Positions 31,277-44,972 are shown, numbered from the stretch's first letter. The stretch: 64,000 bases of DNA from an uncultured Verrucomicrobiae bacterium (GCA_963707025.1 CAVPOM010000004.1:768001-832000); one strand, 5' to 3'. The notes: generated from the letters alone by a model not told the origin. A program made the numbers and translations.

Positions 31277-31659
31277 AATCATCGCATTGCCAATGCTCGC
31301 CAATTGCTCGACCTCGGTGCGAATGCAAACAAACCAGGGGTGAATCAGATAACTCCCATTCATGCTGCAGCCGTTCAGGGAGAGCTAGAAATTGCAGAGT
31401 TACTGCTTCAGCTTGGAGCAAACCCCAACACGCCAGATGTAGATGGTATCACTCCGCTGTCGATCGTCGGTCAGATCGTTCGAGATACGGCCGACGGTCC
31501 CAAGAGGCAACAGTACGAGAAGGTCATGAGCTTTCTGCGTCAGAGCGGGGCCAAGAAGTAATTCAATTTCTCCCAAACTTCACACGTCGTGCGGAGCAAA
31601 TTAGGCGTCAGTTCCTAAAAGAAAACAAGGGAAAGGAGACGGTCAATGGTTTTCTCATA

Positions 31660-32811
31660 TTATTCTTGATTGCGACCTGACGCCTCCCGGTAGATGGCTC
31701 CGGGCTTCAGCCGCTCGGCATAGGACATCAACATGAACATGGACAGTTGCGTCACCTTGGGCGCGCCATCGAAGACCGAAGATTCAAGTTGCCGCATGTC
31801 CTGGTCGCCCTTTGTCAACAATGTTTTATCCTGCGGGAGATGGCGGGAGAAGATGTATTCGTGAAAGGGCAGTCCGCCGAATTTCATGCCCCAGCCTTTG
31901 GTGACCGGCCAGGGCCGCTGCGCCAGGGGCAGGGCCTGTTGCCCGGTGATCCAATGGAAACACCAGGCGACATTGGCCGCCGCCGCTTCCTGGCGCGCCT
32001 GGTCCTTGATGATGAAGGGCCAGCCCGCCGAATAACATTCCATGACATACATGAGCATGGCCGGGCCTTGCTCGGAAAGCGGGAAGGGCTGGGGCTTGGT
32101 CAAATCCCACTGATCCAGCCAGTCCGTCACCCGCAGGGCGCAGTGCAGGTAACGCTCGTCGCCGGTCTCCTTGTAAAGCAGGAAGGAAAGGGAGCCAAAA
32201 ATGCCCGAACTGCACCACCATTCATCGCTGGATTGATGCCACAATCCGTCGGTCACGCCGCCGGAGGGCCTGATGTAATTGCTCATGACCAGCCCGGCGA
32301 ATTTTTGCACCGAGTCAACAAGATGTTGCCGCTCGGCGCCGGGGCAACGCACGGCGGTGGCCAGCACGGCCATGCCGATGGAGGAACTGTCCGCCACGTA
32401 CCAATCCCCATTGGTCTGGCCCGGCTGGCGGTTGTAGTGCATATAGTAGGCGCCGGCGGGAACCATTTTGTCTTGAAATGCAACCATCCGCCCGGACCAT
32501 TGGCGGGAGGCATCCAGATATTTTTGGTTGCCTGTCAAGTCGTAGGCGGCGCAGAGGGCGCGAACCGCATAGGAATCCACGAAGAAAGAGCCGGCGCTGT
32601 TGGTGTCGGTGACCTTGGCCGCAGCCAGGTCGCAAAGCTGGAGGAACTGGGCGCGGAATTCGGCGGGGGGAGCCTCCTGCGCGCGCGCCGACGCCAGGAG
32701 AAGGGCCGCCATCAAGGCCAGCGGGAGCCGGCGGGAGAAAAGGGGGAGGACCGGCCATGCGCTCAAAACTGGTGGCTGCTGGTGAGGGGGGAATTGCGTC
32801 GCGTTCGGCAT
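31660..32811 (-). CDS. Secreted hypothetical protein, possible (alpha/alpha)6 glycoside-hydrolase-like fold
   Basis: Signal-like segment; AYDLTGNQKYLDA and LYKETGDERYL repeats; start uncertain. Confidence 0.55.
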   Translation of the reverse strand: MPNATQFPPHQQPPVLSAWPVLPLFSRRLPLALMAALLLASARAQEAPPAEFRAQFLQLCDLAAAKVTDTNSAGSFFVDSYAVRALCAAYDLTGNQKYLDASRQWSGRMVAFQDKMVPAGAYYMHYNRQPGQTNGDWYVADSSSIGMAVLATAVRCPGAERQHLVDSVQKFAGLVMSNYIRPSGGVTDGLWHQSSDEWWCSSGIFGSLSFLLYKETGDERYLHCALRVTDWLDQWDLTKPQPFPLSEQGPAMLMYVMECYSAGWPFIIKDQARQEAAAANVAWCFHWITGQQALPLAQRPWPVTKGWGMKFGGLPFHEYIFSRHLPQDKTLLTKGDQDMRQLESSVFDGAPKVTQLSMFMLMSYAERLKPGAIYREASGRNQE

Positions 32812-32873
32812 TGGAAAACCATGACGCAAAGACCAAACCATGTCCAATTCTTTTAGGTCTGGGTCATTGTCCT

Positions 32874-33095
32874 GGGCGCATCTTGACACCGTTCTTAATT
32901 GTTGGGGAGCGCCCGCGCCTCGCGGGCAGTGGTCGGCGCCCTCGCCGACCACCCTTCCACGTTCAGCCTTCGCTTTCGCAGATGCCTGAAATCAAGACTG
33001 ACCGGCGAGGGCGCCGGTCAGCACATCCCGATTCCGAATCGGGACGTATGCTCCCCGTGCATTCCGGTTTGCAAGAACAGTGTTGAGATGTGCCC
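32874..33095. mobile_element. MITE-like element with REP-like interior
   Basis: Ends GGGCGCATCTTGACACCGTTCTT and GGGCACATCTCAACACTGTTCTT resemble the 49773 element; no target duplication seen. Confidence 0.6.
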
Positions 33096-33148
33096 CCAAA
33101 CCGCAATTCTCCAACCCCGCTCTTGACACGCGCCGCCCCGCCCCATAA

Positions 33149-34594
<1,446 letters not shown>

Positions 34595-34599
34595 TCCGC

Positions 34600-35010
34600 A
34601 TGCCCGCCACCTTAAAACTGGACATCGTCACCCCCGACGCCGTCACCTTTTCCGGCGACGTCGAAATGGTCACCCTGCCCGCGGTGGAAGGGGAGATGGG
34701 CGTCTATCCCCAGCATCTGCCCCTCATGACTCAACTGGTCCCCGGCGAACTCATCGTCCGCCGCGACGGCCATGACCTCTACATGGCCGTGGGCGACGGT
34801 TTCGTCGAAGTCACCGCCGACCATGTCGCGGTCCTGACCGACATGGCCATCCCGGCCGATCAGATTGATGAAGCCAAAGCCGAGGAAGCCCGGCAGCGCG
34901 CCGAAGCCCGCTTGGCCGAACACTTGGACGACGAACAAACCGCCACCGTCCACGCCGCCCTGGCCAACTCCGTGGCCCAACTGGCCGTCAAACGCCGCCG
35001 CCGCCACTGA
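34600..35010 (+). CDS. atpC: F1 ATP synthase epsilon subunit
   Basis: LDIVTPD, GEMGVYPQH, GFVEV; follows atpD. Confidence 0.95.
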   Translation: MPATLKLDIVTPDAVTFSGDVEMVTLPAVEGEMGVYPQHLPLMTQLVPGELIVRRDGHDLYMAVGDGFVEVTADHVAVLTDMAIPADQIDEAKAEEARQRAEARLAEHLDDEQTATVHAALANSVAQLAVKRRRRH

Positions 35011-35079
35011 TAACTTTGGAGCGGCGGTCTGCGGCCGCCGCCATTTTCCTTTGGCCCGGCCCGCCCCAACCGCCGGATC

Positions 35080-35841
<762 letters not shown>

Positions 35842-35842
35842 A

Positions 35843-37597
35843 GTGAACTGGGACCAACTCAAGACCATTCTCTGGCTGCGCTGGCGGCTGACGCGCAACC
35901 AGATGACCCGCAGCAAAGGCACCGCCGCCGTCGCCGCCATCGTGGCCGGGGGCGTCTGTGTGCTGGGCGGGGCCAGCTTCGTTGCGGCCTTGCTCGGCGG
36001 GATGCAGGCCCTGGCCCAGGCCAAACCGGTCGTCGTTTGGGCAGTCTGGTTCGGCGTGACTCTGCTCTTCCTGTTTTTTTGGATGATCGGCCTGCTCCAG
36101 GAAATCCAGCGCTCGGAGAGCATTGACCTCCAGCGCCTCCTCCATCTGCCCGTGGCCCTGGGCCAGATGTTCGTCATCAACTACCTGGCCTCCCATCTGG
36201 CCGTCAGCATCGTCCTCTTCGTGCCCGCGATGATGGGACTGGCCATTGGCCTGGCCATTTCGCGCGGCCCCGCCATGCTGCTGCTGGCGCCGCTGGCCTT
36301 GGGCATGGTCTGCATGATCAGCGCCTGGACTTATTGCCTGCGCGGTTGGCTGGCCATGTTGATGAGCAACCCGCGCCGGCGCCGCAATATCACCATGGCC
36401 ATCGTCCTGGCCTTCATCCTTCTGGGCCAGGCCCCCAACCTCTACTTCAACGTCTTTCACCGATACAATGTCCCCAAGACCAGCGCCTCGCCCCAACAAA
36501 CCAAACAACAGATCCAGGCGTGGAACAGCCACAATCAGCAAACGTTCGACCAACTCCGCTGGGTCCAGAAGTTTATTCCGCCGCTCTGGCTGCCGCTCGG
36601 CGCCCAGGCGCTGGCCGAAGGACGCGCCCTGCCCGCCTTGCTCGGCACACTGGGTTGCTTTGCCATGGCGGCGCTGGGCCTGCGGCGCGCCTATCGGGGC
36701 ACCCTGCGATTTTATCGCGGCGAATCCGGCGGGAAAGCCGCCGCGCGGATTGAACCCCGCCCCACACCGGCCGCCGGCCTGGCCCCGGCCAAAGCCGGAA
36801 GGCGTTTCCTCGAACTGCGCCTGCCCGGTGTGCCCGAACAAGCCGCCGCGCTCGCGCTGGCCACTTTCCGCTCCTTGCTCCGCGCGCCCGAAGTCAAAGT
36901 GGCGTGGGCGACTTCGATCCTCATCCCGCTGATCGTGGGCGGGTCGCTGCTGTTCCGCTCCACCATGAGTTTGCCCGAGGCCGCCAAACCCTTCATGGCC
37001 ACGGGCGCCGTGGTGTTCTCCGTCTTTATGCTGGTTCAATTCTTCGCCAATCAATTCGGCTTCGATCGCGACGGTTTCCGGGTCTTGATTCTTGCGCCCG
37101 CCGACCGGCGGCTCGTTCTGCTGGGCAAAAACCTCGCCTGCCTGCCCGTGGGCGCCACCTTCGGCCTGCTGCTCCTGCTGTTGATTGCGCTGCGGCTGCA
37201 CCTGTCCCCGTTGCTGCTCCTGGCCGCCCTTTTCCAACTGCCCGCCGTGCTCCTGCTGGCCGGCGTCGGCGGCAACATGCTCTCCATTCTCGTGCCCTAC
37301 GGCATTCAACAAGGCACGATGAAGCCGACCAAAATGCCCGGTGCGGCCATGTTGGTGCTGATGGGTTGCCACCTGCTTTTTCCCTTGGCCATGGCACCGG
37401 TGTTCGTGCCGCCGCTGGCCGGGTTTCTCTGCCAAATGGCCGGCGGGCCAAGCGCCGTGCTGGTCAACCTGATCCTCTCCGCCGCCCTGGCCGCGCTAAC
37501 GGCGTTGCTTTACTGGCAGGCCCTGGGTCCGCTGGGCCGTCTGCTGCAACGTCGCGAAACCAGGATTCTCGGCGTCGTGACCGCCGAGGTGGAATAG
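35843..37597 (+). CDS. ABC transporter permease (multi-TM)
   Basis: Many TM segments, NQFGFDRDG, adjacent to the ATPase. Confidence 0.8.
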   Translation: MNWDQLKTILWLRWRLTRNQMTRSKGTAAVAAIVAGGVCVLGGASFVAALLGGMQALAQAKPVVVWAVWFGVTLLFLFFWMIGLLQEIQRSESIDLQRLLHLPVALGQMFVINYLASHLAVSIVLFVPAMMGLAIGLAISRGPAMLLLAPLALGMVCMISAWTYCLRGWLAMLMSNPRRRRNITMAIVLAFILLGQAPNLYFNVFHRYNVPKTSASPQQTKQQIQAWNSHNQQTFDQLRWVQKFIPPLWLPLGAQALAEGRALPALLGTLGCFAMAALGLRRAYRGTLRFYRGESGGKAAARIEPRPTPAAGLAPAKAGRRFLELRLPGVPEQAAALALATFRSLLRAPEVKVAWATSILIPLIVGGSLLFRSTMSLPEAAKPFMATGAVVFSVFMLVQFFANQFGFDRDGFRVLILAPADRRLVLLGKNLACLPVGATFGLLLLLLIALRLHLSPLLLLAALFQLPAVLLLAGVGGNMLSILVPYGIQQGTMKPTKMPGAAMLVLMGCHLLFPLAMAPVFVPPLAGFLCQMAGGPSAVLVNLILSAALAALTALLYWQALGPLGRLLQRRETRILGVVTAEVE

Positions 37598-37626
37598 CCG
37601 CCATGCCCGGCATCGTCGCCGTCTGT

Positions 37627-39153
37627 TCACGTCCACAATTGTCTGTCCAGCGACCGATACTGGATGGCTTCGGCGATGTGATCGCCCGCCAGGTTCTCCG
37701 CGCCGGCCAGGTCGGCGATGGTGCGGGCCACTTTCAAAATGCGGTCGTAGGCGCGCGCGCTCAAATTCAAATCGGCCATGGCGAACTTGAGCAGCTCCTT
37801 GGTCGTCTCATCCAGCGCGCAGTAGCTCTTCAATTCGCGCGGCCCCATCCGGGCATTGCAGGTCACCGTCCGTTTGTGGGCAAAGCGGGCCTGTTGCCGT
37901 GTCCGGGCCGCCACCACCCGCGCGCGGATGGTGGCCGAATCTTCCCCCGTCCGTTCGCTGCTGATTTCGCGAAACTTGACTTGCGGCACTTCGATATGCA
38001 GATCAATTCGATCCAGCAAGGGGCCGGAGATGCGGCCCAGGTAATTCTGAATCTCGCGCGCCGAACTGCGCGACTCCCCCGGCATTTTTCCATCCGGCGT
38101 CGGATTCATGGCCGCCACCAGCATGAATTGGGCTGGAAAGGTCATGCTGCCGGCCGCCCGCGAGATGGTGACCCACCCCTCCTCCAGCGGCTGACGCATC
38201 GTTTCCAAAACGCCGCGTTTGAACTCCGGCAGTTCGTCCAGGAACAAAACACCGTGGTGCGCCAGCGATATCTCGCCGGGCGTGGGATTGGCATTGCCTC
38301 CCAGCAAACCGGCGTCGCTGGCGGTGTGATGGGGCGTGCGGAATGGACGGCGCGTGACCAGCGCCTGTCCGGGTTTGAGCAGCCCGACGATGCTGTGAAT
38401 CTTGGTCGTCTCCAGGGCCTCCTCCAAAGTCAATGGCGGCAGAATGGTGGTCAGCCGTTTGGCCAGCATGGATTTGCCGGTGCCCGGCGGACCGATCAGC
38501 AGCACATTGTGGCCGCCGGCCGCCGCGATCTCCAGGGCGCGTTTGACCGATTCCTGCCCCTTCACCTCCGCCATGTCAATTTCTTCGTCGTAAGGCTGGT
38601 CAAATATTTTGGTCAGATCCACCGTCGTCGGCTCGATCTTGATATCCCCTTCCAAAAATCCGACGGCCTCGCGCAGGTTGGCCACCGGAATCACTTTCAA
38701 TCCCTTGACCACCGCCGCCTCCGCCGCATTTTCCGCCGGCACCAGCAGCCCGGCCTTGCCTTCCGCGCGGGCCCGCCAGGCGACCGGCAAGACTCCTTTG
38801 ACCGGGCGAACGGCGCCATCCAGGGCCAACTCGCCCACCATCACAAAGTTTTCCAGTTGGTCGCCGCGCAACTGCTCGCTGGCCCCAAGCATGCCGAGGG
38901 CGATGGGCAAGTCAAAGCTCGGCCCTTCCTTTTTCACGTCCGCCGGCGCGAGGTTGATGGTCGTCCGGCCCATCGGAAATTTGAAACCGGAATTGGTCAG
39001 GGCCGTGCTCACCCGGTCGCGCGACTCCTTGACGGCGGCATCCGGCAATCCCACGATGACGACCACGGTGTCGCCCCACCCGCAATTGACCTCCACCTCG
39101 ACAGGGAAGGCTTCGATGCCATTGACGGCGGCGGAGAAAACACGGGCCAGCAT
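37627..39153 (-). CDS. comM: ComM/YifB Mg-chelatase-like AAA+ ATPase (intact copy E)
   Basis: IVGLPDAAVKESRDRV, NLAPAD, GPPGTGKS, LFLDELPEF, SGPLLDRID, LSARAYDRILKVARTIADL. Confidence 0.95.
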   Translation of the reverse strand: MLARVFSAAVNGIEAFPVEVEVNCGWGDTVVVIVGLPDAAVKESRDRVSTALTNSGFKFPMGRTTINLAPADVKKEGPSFDLPIALGMLGASEQLRGDQLENFVMVGELALDGAVRPVKGVLPVAWRARAEGKAGLLVPAENAAEAAVVKGLKVIPVANLREAVGFLEGDIKIEPTTVDLTKIFDQPYDEEIDMAEVKGQESVKRALEIAAAGGHNVLLIGPPGTGKSMLAKRLTTILPPLTLEEALETTKIHSIVGLLKPGQALVTRRPFRTPHHTASDAGLLGGNANPTPGEISLAHHGVLFLDELPEFKRGVLETMRQPLEEGWVTISRAAGSMTFPAQFMLVAAMNPTPDGKMPGESRSSAREIQNYLGRISGPLLDRIDLHIEVPQVKFREISSERTGEDSATIRARVVAARTRQQARFAHKRTVTCNARMGPRELKSYCALDETTKELLKFAMADLNLSARAYDRILKVARTIADLAGAENLAGDHIAEAIQYRSLDRQLWT

Positions 39154-39201
39154 GGGAGGATGTTGGGCCAACGCAGGTGCAAGGGCAATGCGGTTTTTTG
39201 C
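39154..39201 (-). promoter_or_regulatory. Putative comM promoter, possibly leaderless
   Basis: TTGCCC-17 nt-CAACAT then 6 nt to ATG, no SD; largely conserved in all copies (inference). Confidence 0.5.
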
Positions 39202-39336
39202 GCCCACAGGGAAGATTCCGTTTGGTGCTGCCAGGCACGTGTCCACCATCAACCAATTTCAACCTGAGGGCGGAGAAATGAAATAACTTGGCAATAGTGG
39301 GGAAAGGGTGGAAATTCAAAGCAACGAATTGAACTT

Positions 39337-39555
39337 ATGGCTGCTTTAACTTTAGATCGCGTTCTCACCGAAGCCGAAGCGTTGCCCGCGGACGAGCAGG
39401 AAATGCTCGAAAGCCTTTTGCGCCGGCGTCGCATAGAAACGTGGCGGCGGAAAACGGCGGTGGAGGCCAAGCGCACCATCAGAGCTTTTCGCGCCGGAAA
39501 ATTGAAAAGCCAATCGGCTGAAAGCCTCATCGCCAGCCTGCGCAAGAGCAGATGA
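39337..39555 (+). CDS. Putative antitoxin
   Basis: 72 aa, LDRVLTEAEALP.DEQEML; upstream of a RelE-like toxin. Confidence 0.7.
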   Translation: MAALTLDRVLTEAEALPADEQEMLESLLRRRRIETWRRKTAVEAKRTIRAFRAGKLKSQSAESLIASLRKSR

Positions 39556-39558
39556 GTC

Positions 39559-39843
39559 ATGGCCGAGCTTGTTGCCACGACCAAGTTTGAACGGGCGTTC
39601 CGTCGCCTGATCGGGAAAAACCCCGCGCTGCAACCGCAAATCGAAACGGCTCTGCGGCGGCTGACGGAAAACCCCAATGATTCCCGCCTAAAAACGCATC
39701 ACTTGAGCGGGCGACTGGCCGGACTACACGCCTGTTCCGCCGGTTACGATTGCCGGATTGTTTTTGCGCAGGAGAAACATCCCAAAACCGGCGCGGAAGT
39801 TTTGCTGCTCATCAACATCGGCTCGCATGAGGAAGTCTATTGA
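39559..39843 (+). CDS. RelE/YafQ-superfamily mRNA interferase toxin
   Basis: FERAFRRL...LKTHHLSG.L.G..ACS..YDCRIVF...NIGSHEEVY. Confidence 0.85.
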   Translation: MAELVATTKFERAFRRLIGKNPALQPQIETALRRLTENPNDSRLKTHHLSGRLAGLHACSAGYDCRIVFAQEKHPKTGAEVLLLINIGSHEEVY

Positions 39844-40060
39844 AACCCGAATTGGTCAGGGCCGTGCTCACCCGGTCGCGCGACTCCTTGACGGCGGCAT
39901 CCGGCAATCCCACGATGACGACCACGGTGTCGCCCCACCCGCAATTGACCTCCACCTCGACAGGGAAGGCTTCGATGCCATTGACGGCGGCGGAGAAAAC
40001 ACGGGCCAGCATGGATGGATGTTGGGCCAACGCAGGTGCAAGGGCAATGCGGTTTTTTGC
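39840..40060 (-). repeat. comM promoter/5'-end copy F
   Basis: About 221-bp direct repeat of 38981-39201 with about 3 mismatches by eye. Confidence 0.97.
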
Positions 40061-40118
40061 GGCTTCAGCACGGAAAGTGGGAATTGATCTGCCGGAAGAC
40101 CGCTGACCGACTCGCTCA

Positions 40119-40349
40119 CAATACTACCAAGCATACAACATTCGTGGTTGCTCGAAGATTGTCCTCAACGATTTCAGTGGAGCGCTCGCTGATTTGAATA
40201 TGGCTGTTCAGTTAAATCCGAATGATACGAGGAGCTATCGGCTTCGTGGCACGGCGTAGCATTTCTTAGATGATGAGGCAAGCGCGAAAGCGGACTTGGA
40301 TACAGCGGCCAAACTTGACACGCAAAACAGCAGCGTGAAGTTAAAATAG
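40119..40349 (+). pseudogene. TPR-repeat gene fragment with internal stop
   Basis: AYNIRGCSKIVLNDFSGALADLNMAVQLNPND..SYRLRGTA*..ASAKADLDTA; TAG at 40257. Confidence 0.65.
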
Positions 40350-40538
40350 GAAGCATAAATGTGTTTGTAGATGAGTGCAGGTCGGCCTCAGGGGTTTTGG
40401 AGAACCGTCTTCGATAGCGATTTCTTTCGCATGGGGATTTCATTCGTCGGGAGTCGGAACGCGGAGGGAGGATGAGGAATGGAGATTAGCATTAGGATTA
40501 GGATCAGGATTAAGACTAGGAGAATACATGACGGAGGA

Positions 40539-41642
40539 TTAGCGTTGGACGCGGGCGGCGGCGCCTTTGATTAGCTTTTCAACTTCGTCCTTGGTGGCCA
40601 CGGAGGTGTCGCCGGGAGTGGTCATGGCTAAGGCTCCGTGGGCGGCGCCGTAGTCAACGGCACTCTGGGCATCGCCACTGGTCATCAGGCCGTAGATGAG
40701 GCCGCTCGCGAAGCTGTCGCCGCCTCCGACGCGATCCAGGATTTCCAGGTCGGGATATTTTTTTGATTCGTGGAACTTCCCGGCCGCCCAGCAGACGGCG
40801 GCCCAATCGTTGCGGGTGGCGGTCTTGGCGGCGCGCAACGTGGTGGCGACAACTTTGAAGTTGGGATAGGTTTTGACGGCTTGCTCAATCATCCTTTTGA
40901 AGGCGGAGAGATCAATGTGAAGAAGATTTTCGTCCGCGCCTTCGACCTCGAAACCGAGGCTGGCGGTGAAATCTTCCTCGTTGCCGATCATCACGTCCAC
41001 GTATTGGGCGATTTCGCGGTTGACTTCCTGGGCGCGTTTTTTGCCGCCGATGCTTTTCCAGAGGCTGGGGCGGTAGTTGAGGTCGTAGGAAACGATGACG
41101 CCGTGCTGACGGGCTTTCTTGACAGCTTCGATGACGAGGGGCGGGGTGGTGTCGCTGAGGGCGGCGAAGATGCCGCCGGTGTGCAGCCAGCGGACGCCGA
41201 GTTTGCCGAAGAGGTGGTCCCAGTCGAAATCGCCGGGCCGGAGCTGGCTGGCGGCGGAATGGCCGCGGTCGGGGATGCCGACGGCGGCGCGCACGCCGAA
41301 ACCGCGCTCGGTGAAGTTCAAGCCGTTGCGGACGGAGCGGCCCACGCCGTCGAAGGGCGCCCATTTGATGAACTGGGTGTCCACGCCGCCTTGCAGAATA
41401 AAATCCTCCAGCAGGCGGCCCACTTCATTGTCGGCAAAAGCGGTGGCGACGGCGGTCTTCAGGCCAAAGCAGCGGCGCAGGCCGCGGGCGACATTGTATT
41501 CGCCGCCGCCTTCCCAGACGTTGAAATGGCGGGCGCAGCGGATGCGGCCTTCGCCGGGGTCGAGGCGGAGCATGATTTCGCCCAGGGCGAGGAGGTCGTA
41601 GCGGCAGGTGGCGGGATCGCGGAGTTGGAGGGGAGAGGGCAT
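40539..41642 (-). CDS. kdgK: PfkB-family sugar kinase (2-keto-3-deoxygluconate kinase-like)
   Basis: LGEIMLRL, GGGEYNVA, DLNYRPSLW, DRVGGGDSF. Confidence 0.8.
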   Translation of the reverse strand: MPSPLQLRDPATCRYDLLALGEIMLRLDPGEGRIRCARHFNVWEGGGEYNVARGLRRCFGLKTAVATAFADNEVGRLLEDFILQGGVDTQFIKWAPFDGVGRSVRNGLNFTERGFGVRAAVGIPDRGHSAASQLRPGDFDWDHLFGKLGVRWLHTGGIFAALSDTTPPLVIEAVKKARQHGVIVSYDLNYRPSLWKSIGGKKRAQEVNREIAQYVDVMIGNEEDFTASLGFEVEGADENLLHIDLSAFKRMIEQAVKTYPNFKVVATTLRAAKTATRNDWAAVCWAAGKFHESKKYPDLEILDRVGGGDSFASGLIYGLMTSGDAQSAVDYGAAHGALAMTTPGDTSVATKDEVEKLIKGAAARVQR

Positions 41643-41950
41643 GGGTGTGATGGGATAGGTTAGAGCGGATTAAAAAATGATGTAGCCAAAACGAAGCTCC
41701 TCCCTCTCCTCCTCGGCAGGAGAGGGCCGGGGAGAGGAGGCCTTTCGGTCGGCTTCCGTGCGGCTACAGTTTTCATGAAATTGCTCTAGTGTTGTGACTC
41801 GGCTCTACTGAAAGATGTGCCCGGCGAGTGAAAAGGTGGCGTATCCCAGCTCTTGGCAGGGTCGGCGCGCTGCGCCGACCGGGATCCCGATTCCGAATCG
41901 GGACGGCGTCCCTGCCTGGAAATGGATTAAAGGATGAAATCTCATGGTGG

Positions 41951-43048
<1,098 letters not shown>

Positions 43049-43060
43049 GGTGCTCTTGTG

Positions 43061-44017
43061 TCAAAATGAATTTGCCTGGGCGATGGGTTTTTGGCCGCCG
43101 AGGACGGCGATGAGGTTTTTGACGGACATGGTGGCCTGGCGCTGCACACTCTCGAAGGTGCGCGAGCTGACGTGCGGGGTGACAATGCAATTAGGCTCGC
43201 GCAGGAGGGGGTGATCGGCGGGCGGCGGTTCCTGGTCCAGCACGTCGGCGCCGTAGCCGCCCACCTGGCCGGAGCGCAGGGCGGCGAGCAGGTCGGCGGC
43301 ATTGACGATTTCACCGCGGGCGCAATTCAAAATGATGACGCCCTTTTTCATTTTGGCGAGGCTGGCGGCGTTGATCAGGTTGCGCGTTTCCGGGGTGAGA
43401 TTGGTGTGGAGCGAAATGTAGTCGGCGCCGGCGAAAATCTCATTGACAGTGGCGGCGTGCCGCACCCCCTGTTCGGCGGCGAAGGCTTCGTCCCAATGAA
43501 TGTCATGGCCGATGATGGCCAGGCCGAAAGCGCGGGCGCGGAGGGCGACTTCCCGGCCGATGCGGCCCAGGCCGATGATGCCCAGGGTCTTGCCCATGAT
43601 TTCGTGGCCGGTCTTGCGTTTCCACTGGCCCTGGCGGGTGGCGTCCACGGCGAAGAGGAAGTTTTTTTCCAGGGCGAGAAGGAGGAGGAAGGTCTGTTCG
43701 GCCACGGCGCAGTGATTGACGCCGGGGGTGAAGCAGACGGGGATTTTGAGTTCCGTGGCGGCCTGCAGGTCTATTTTGTCCAGGCCGATGCCGTATTTGC
43801 TGATGACCTTGAGGCGGGGCAGGGACTTTTGCAGCACGGCGCGGGTGATGGCGTCGTCGCCGCAGAGCAGGGCGTCCAGGTCGCCCACCAGTTCCAACAT
43901 GCGGGCTTCGGGCAGGGGGCCGCGCTGGCGGATGATTTCGTAGCCTTTGGAGGCGAGCAAATCATGGAACGATCCGGGGGTATCTTGAAAGGAGGTGGTG
44001 GTCAACAAGACTTTCAT
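43061..44017 (-). CDS. D-2-hydroxyacid dehydrogenase (SerA-like)
   Basis: GIIGLGRIG, NCARG, DVLDQEPP, TPH. Confidence 0.9.
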   Translation of the reverse strand: MKVLLTTTSFQDTPGSFHDLLASKGYEIIRQRGPLPEARMLELVGDLDALLCGDDAITRAVLQKSLPRLKVISKYGIGLDKIDLQAATELKIPVCFTPGVNHCAVAEQTFLLLLALEKNFLFAVDATRQGQWKRKTGHEIMGKTLGIIGLGRIGREVALRARAFGLAIIGHDIHWDEAFAAEQGVRHAATVNEIFAGADYISLHTNLTPETRNLINAASLAKMKKGVIILNCARGEIVNAADLLAALRSGQVGGYGADVLDQEPPPADHPLLREPNCIVTPHVSSRTFESVQRQATMSVKNLIAVLGGQKPIAQANSF

Positions 44018-44031
44018 GGGATGGCTTGGAA

Positions 44032-44937
44032 CTAAAGAAACTTCAAGGCCTGGCGGAGCCGGGCGCGTTCGGCGGCGGTGGGAATGAGCAGGGGGCGCCG
44101 CGGCGGGCCAACGGGGTGGCCGGCCAGGGCGCAGGCGGCTTTGACGAATTGGGTGTATTTGCCGCCGCCTTCCATCAGTTCCAGGAGGGGCAGCATGCGG
44201 AAGAACAGCTTGCGCGCCGCTGGGAAGTCTTTGTCAACCACGGTCAAATGGTAAAGGCTGGCGTGAGACTTTGGCAGCACGTTGGCCACGCCGCCGATCC
44301 AGCCGATGGCGCCCAGCATGAGGCTTTCCAGGGCAATGGTGTCGCAGCCGCAGAAGACGCCCAGGCGGTCGCCGCAGCGGCGGAGCAGTTCGGTGATGCG
44401 CGCCATCTCGCCGGTGCTTTCCTTGACGTAGCGGAGGTTGCGCAAGCCGGCCAGGCGCTCGATAAACTCGGGCGGCATGTCCACGCCGGTGCGGCCCGGG
44501 TAATTATAGAGGACGATGGGAATGCCGATGGCGTTGTTGACGGCGCGGAAATGGGCGAACAACTCCTCCGGCCGCGGCAGCGAGTAATAGGGGGCGGCCA
44601 GCATGACGCCGTCGCAGCCCAGTTGCTCGGCCTGCCGGGCAAAGGCGATGACGTCGCGGGTCGAACCGGCGTTGGCGCCGGCCACCACCGGGACGCGTCC
44701 GGCGACGACTTCCAGGGTGGTGCGGAGCACGCCCTCGCGCTCGTCGGCGGAGAGGGCGTAATACTCGCCGGTGCTGCCCAGCGGAACCAGGCCGTGCAGG
44801 CCCTGGCGGAGCAGGGCATCGGTGAAAGCGGCCAGGCGGGGGAAGTCAATTTCCTGGCTGGCCTTCATGGGCGTGACCGAGGCGGCAAAGACGCCGCGGA
44901 AGGTCCCGGCCTTTGTTGTGGGGGGACTGGTTTTCAT
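44032..44937 (-). CDS. DapA/NanA-family aldolase/dehydratase
   Basis: GSTGE, PYY, LYNYP, VKES. Confidence 0.88.
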   Translation of the reverse strand: MKTSPPTTKAGTFRGVFAASVTPMKASQEIDFPRLAAFTDALLRQGLHGLVPLGSTGEYYALSADEREGVLRTTLEVVAGRVPVVAGANAGSTRDVIAFARQAEQLGCDGVMLAAPYYSLPRPEELFAHFRAVNNAIGIPIVLYNYPGRTGVDMPPEFIERLAGLRNLRYVKESTGEMARITELLRRCGDRLGVFCGCDTIALESLMLGAIGWIGGVANVLPKSHASLYHLTVVDKDFPAARKLFFRMLPLLELMEGGGKYTQFVKAACALAGHPVGPPRRPLLIPTAAERARLRQALKFL

Positions 44938-44972
44938 TGGGGAATTCTGATCTTGGAATTGCTTATAGCTCC

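Larger units (their letters stand above)
29003..31561 (+). pseudogene. Ankyrin-repeat lipoprotein interrupted by IS3
   Basis: Lipobox LATGC and ankyrin TPL/TAL motifs. Removing 29783-31279 rejoins ...LIVAISN-HRIANARQLLDLGAN... in frame. Confidence 0.9.
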
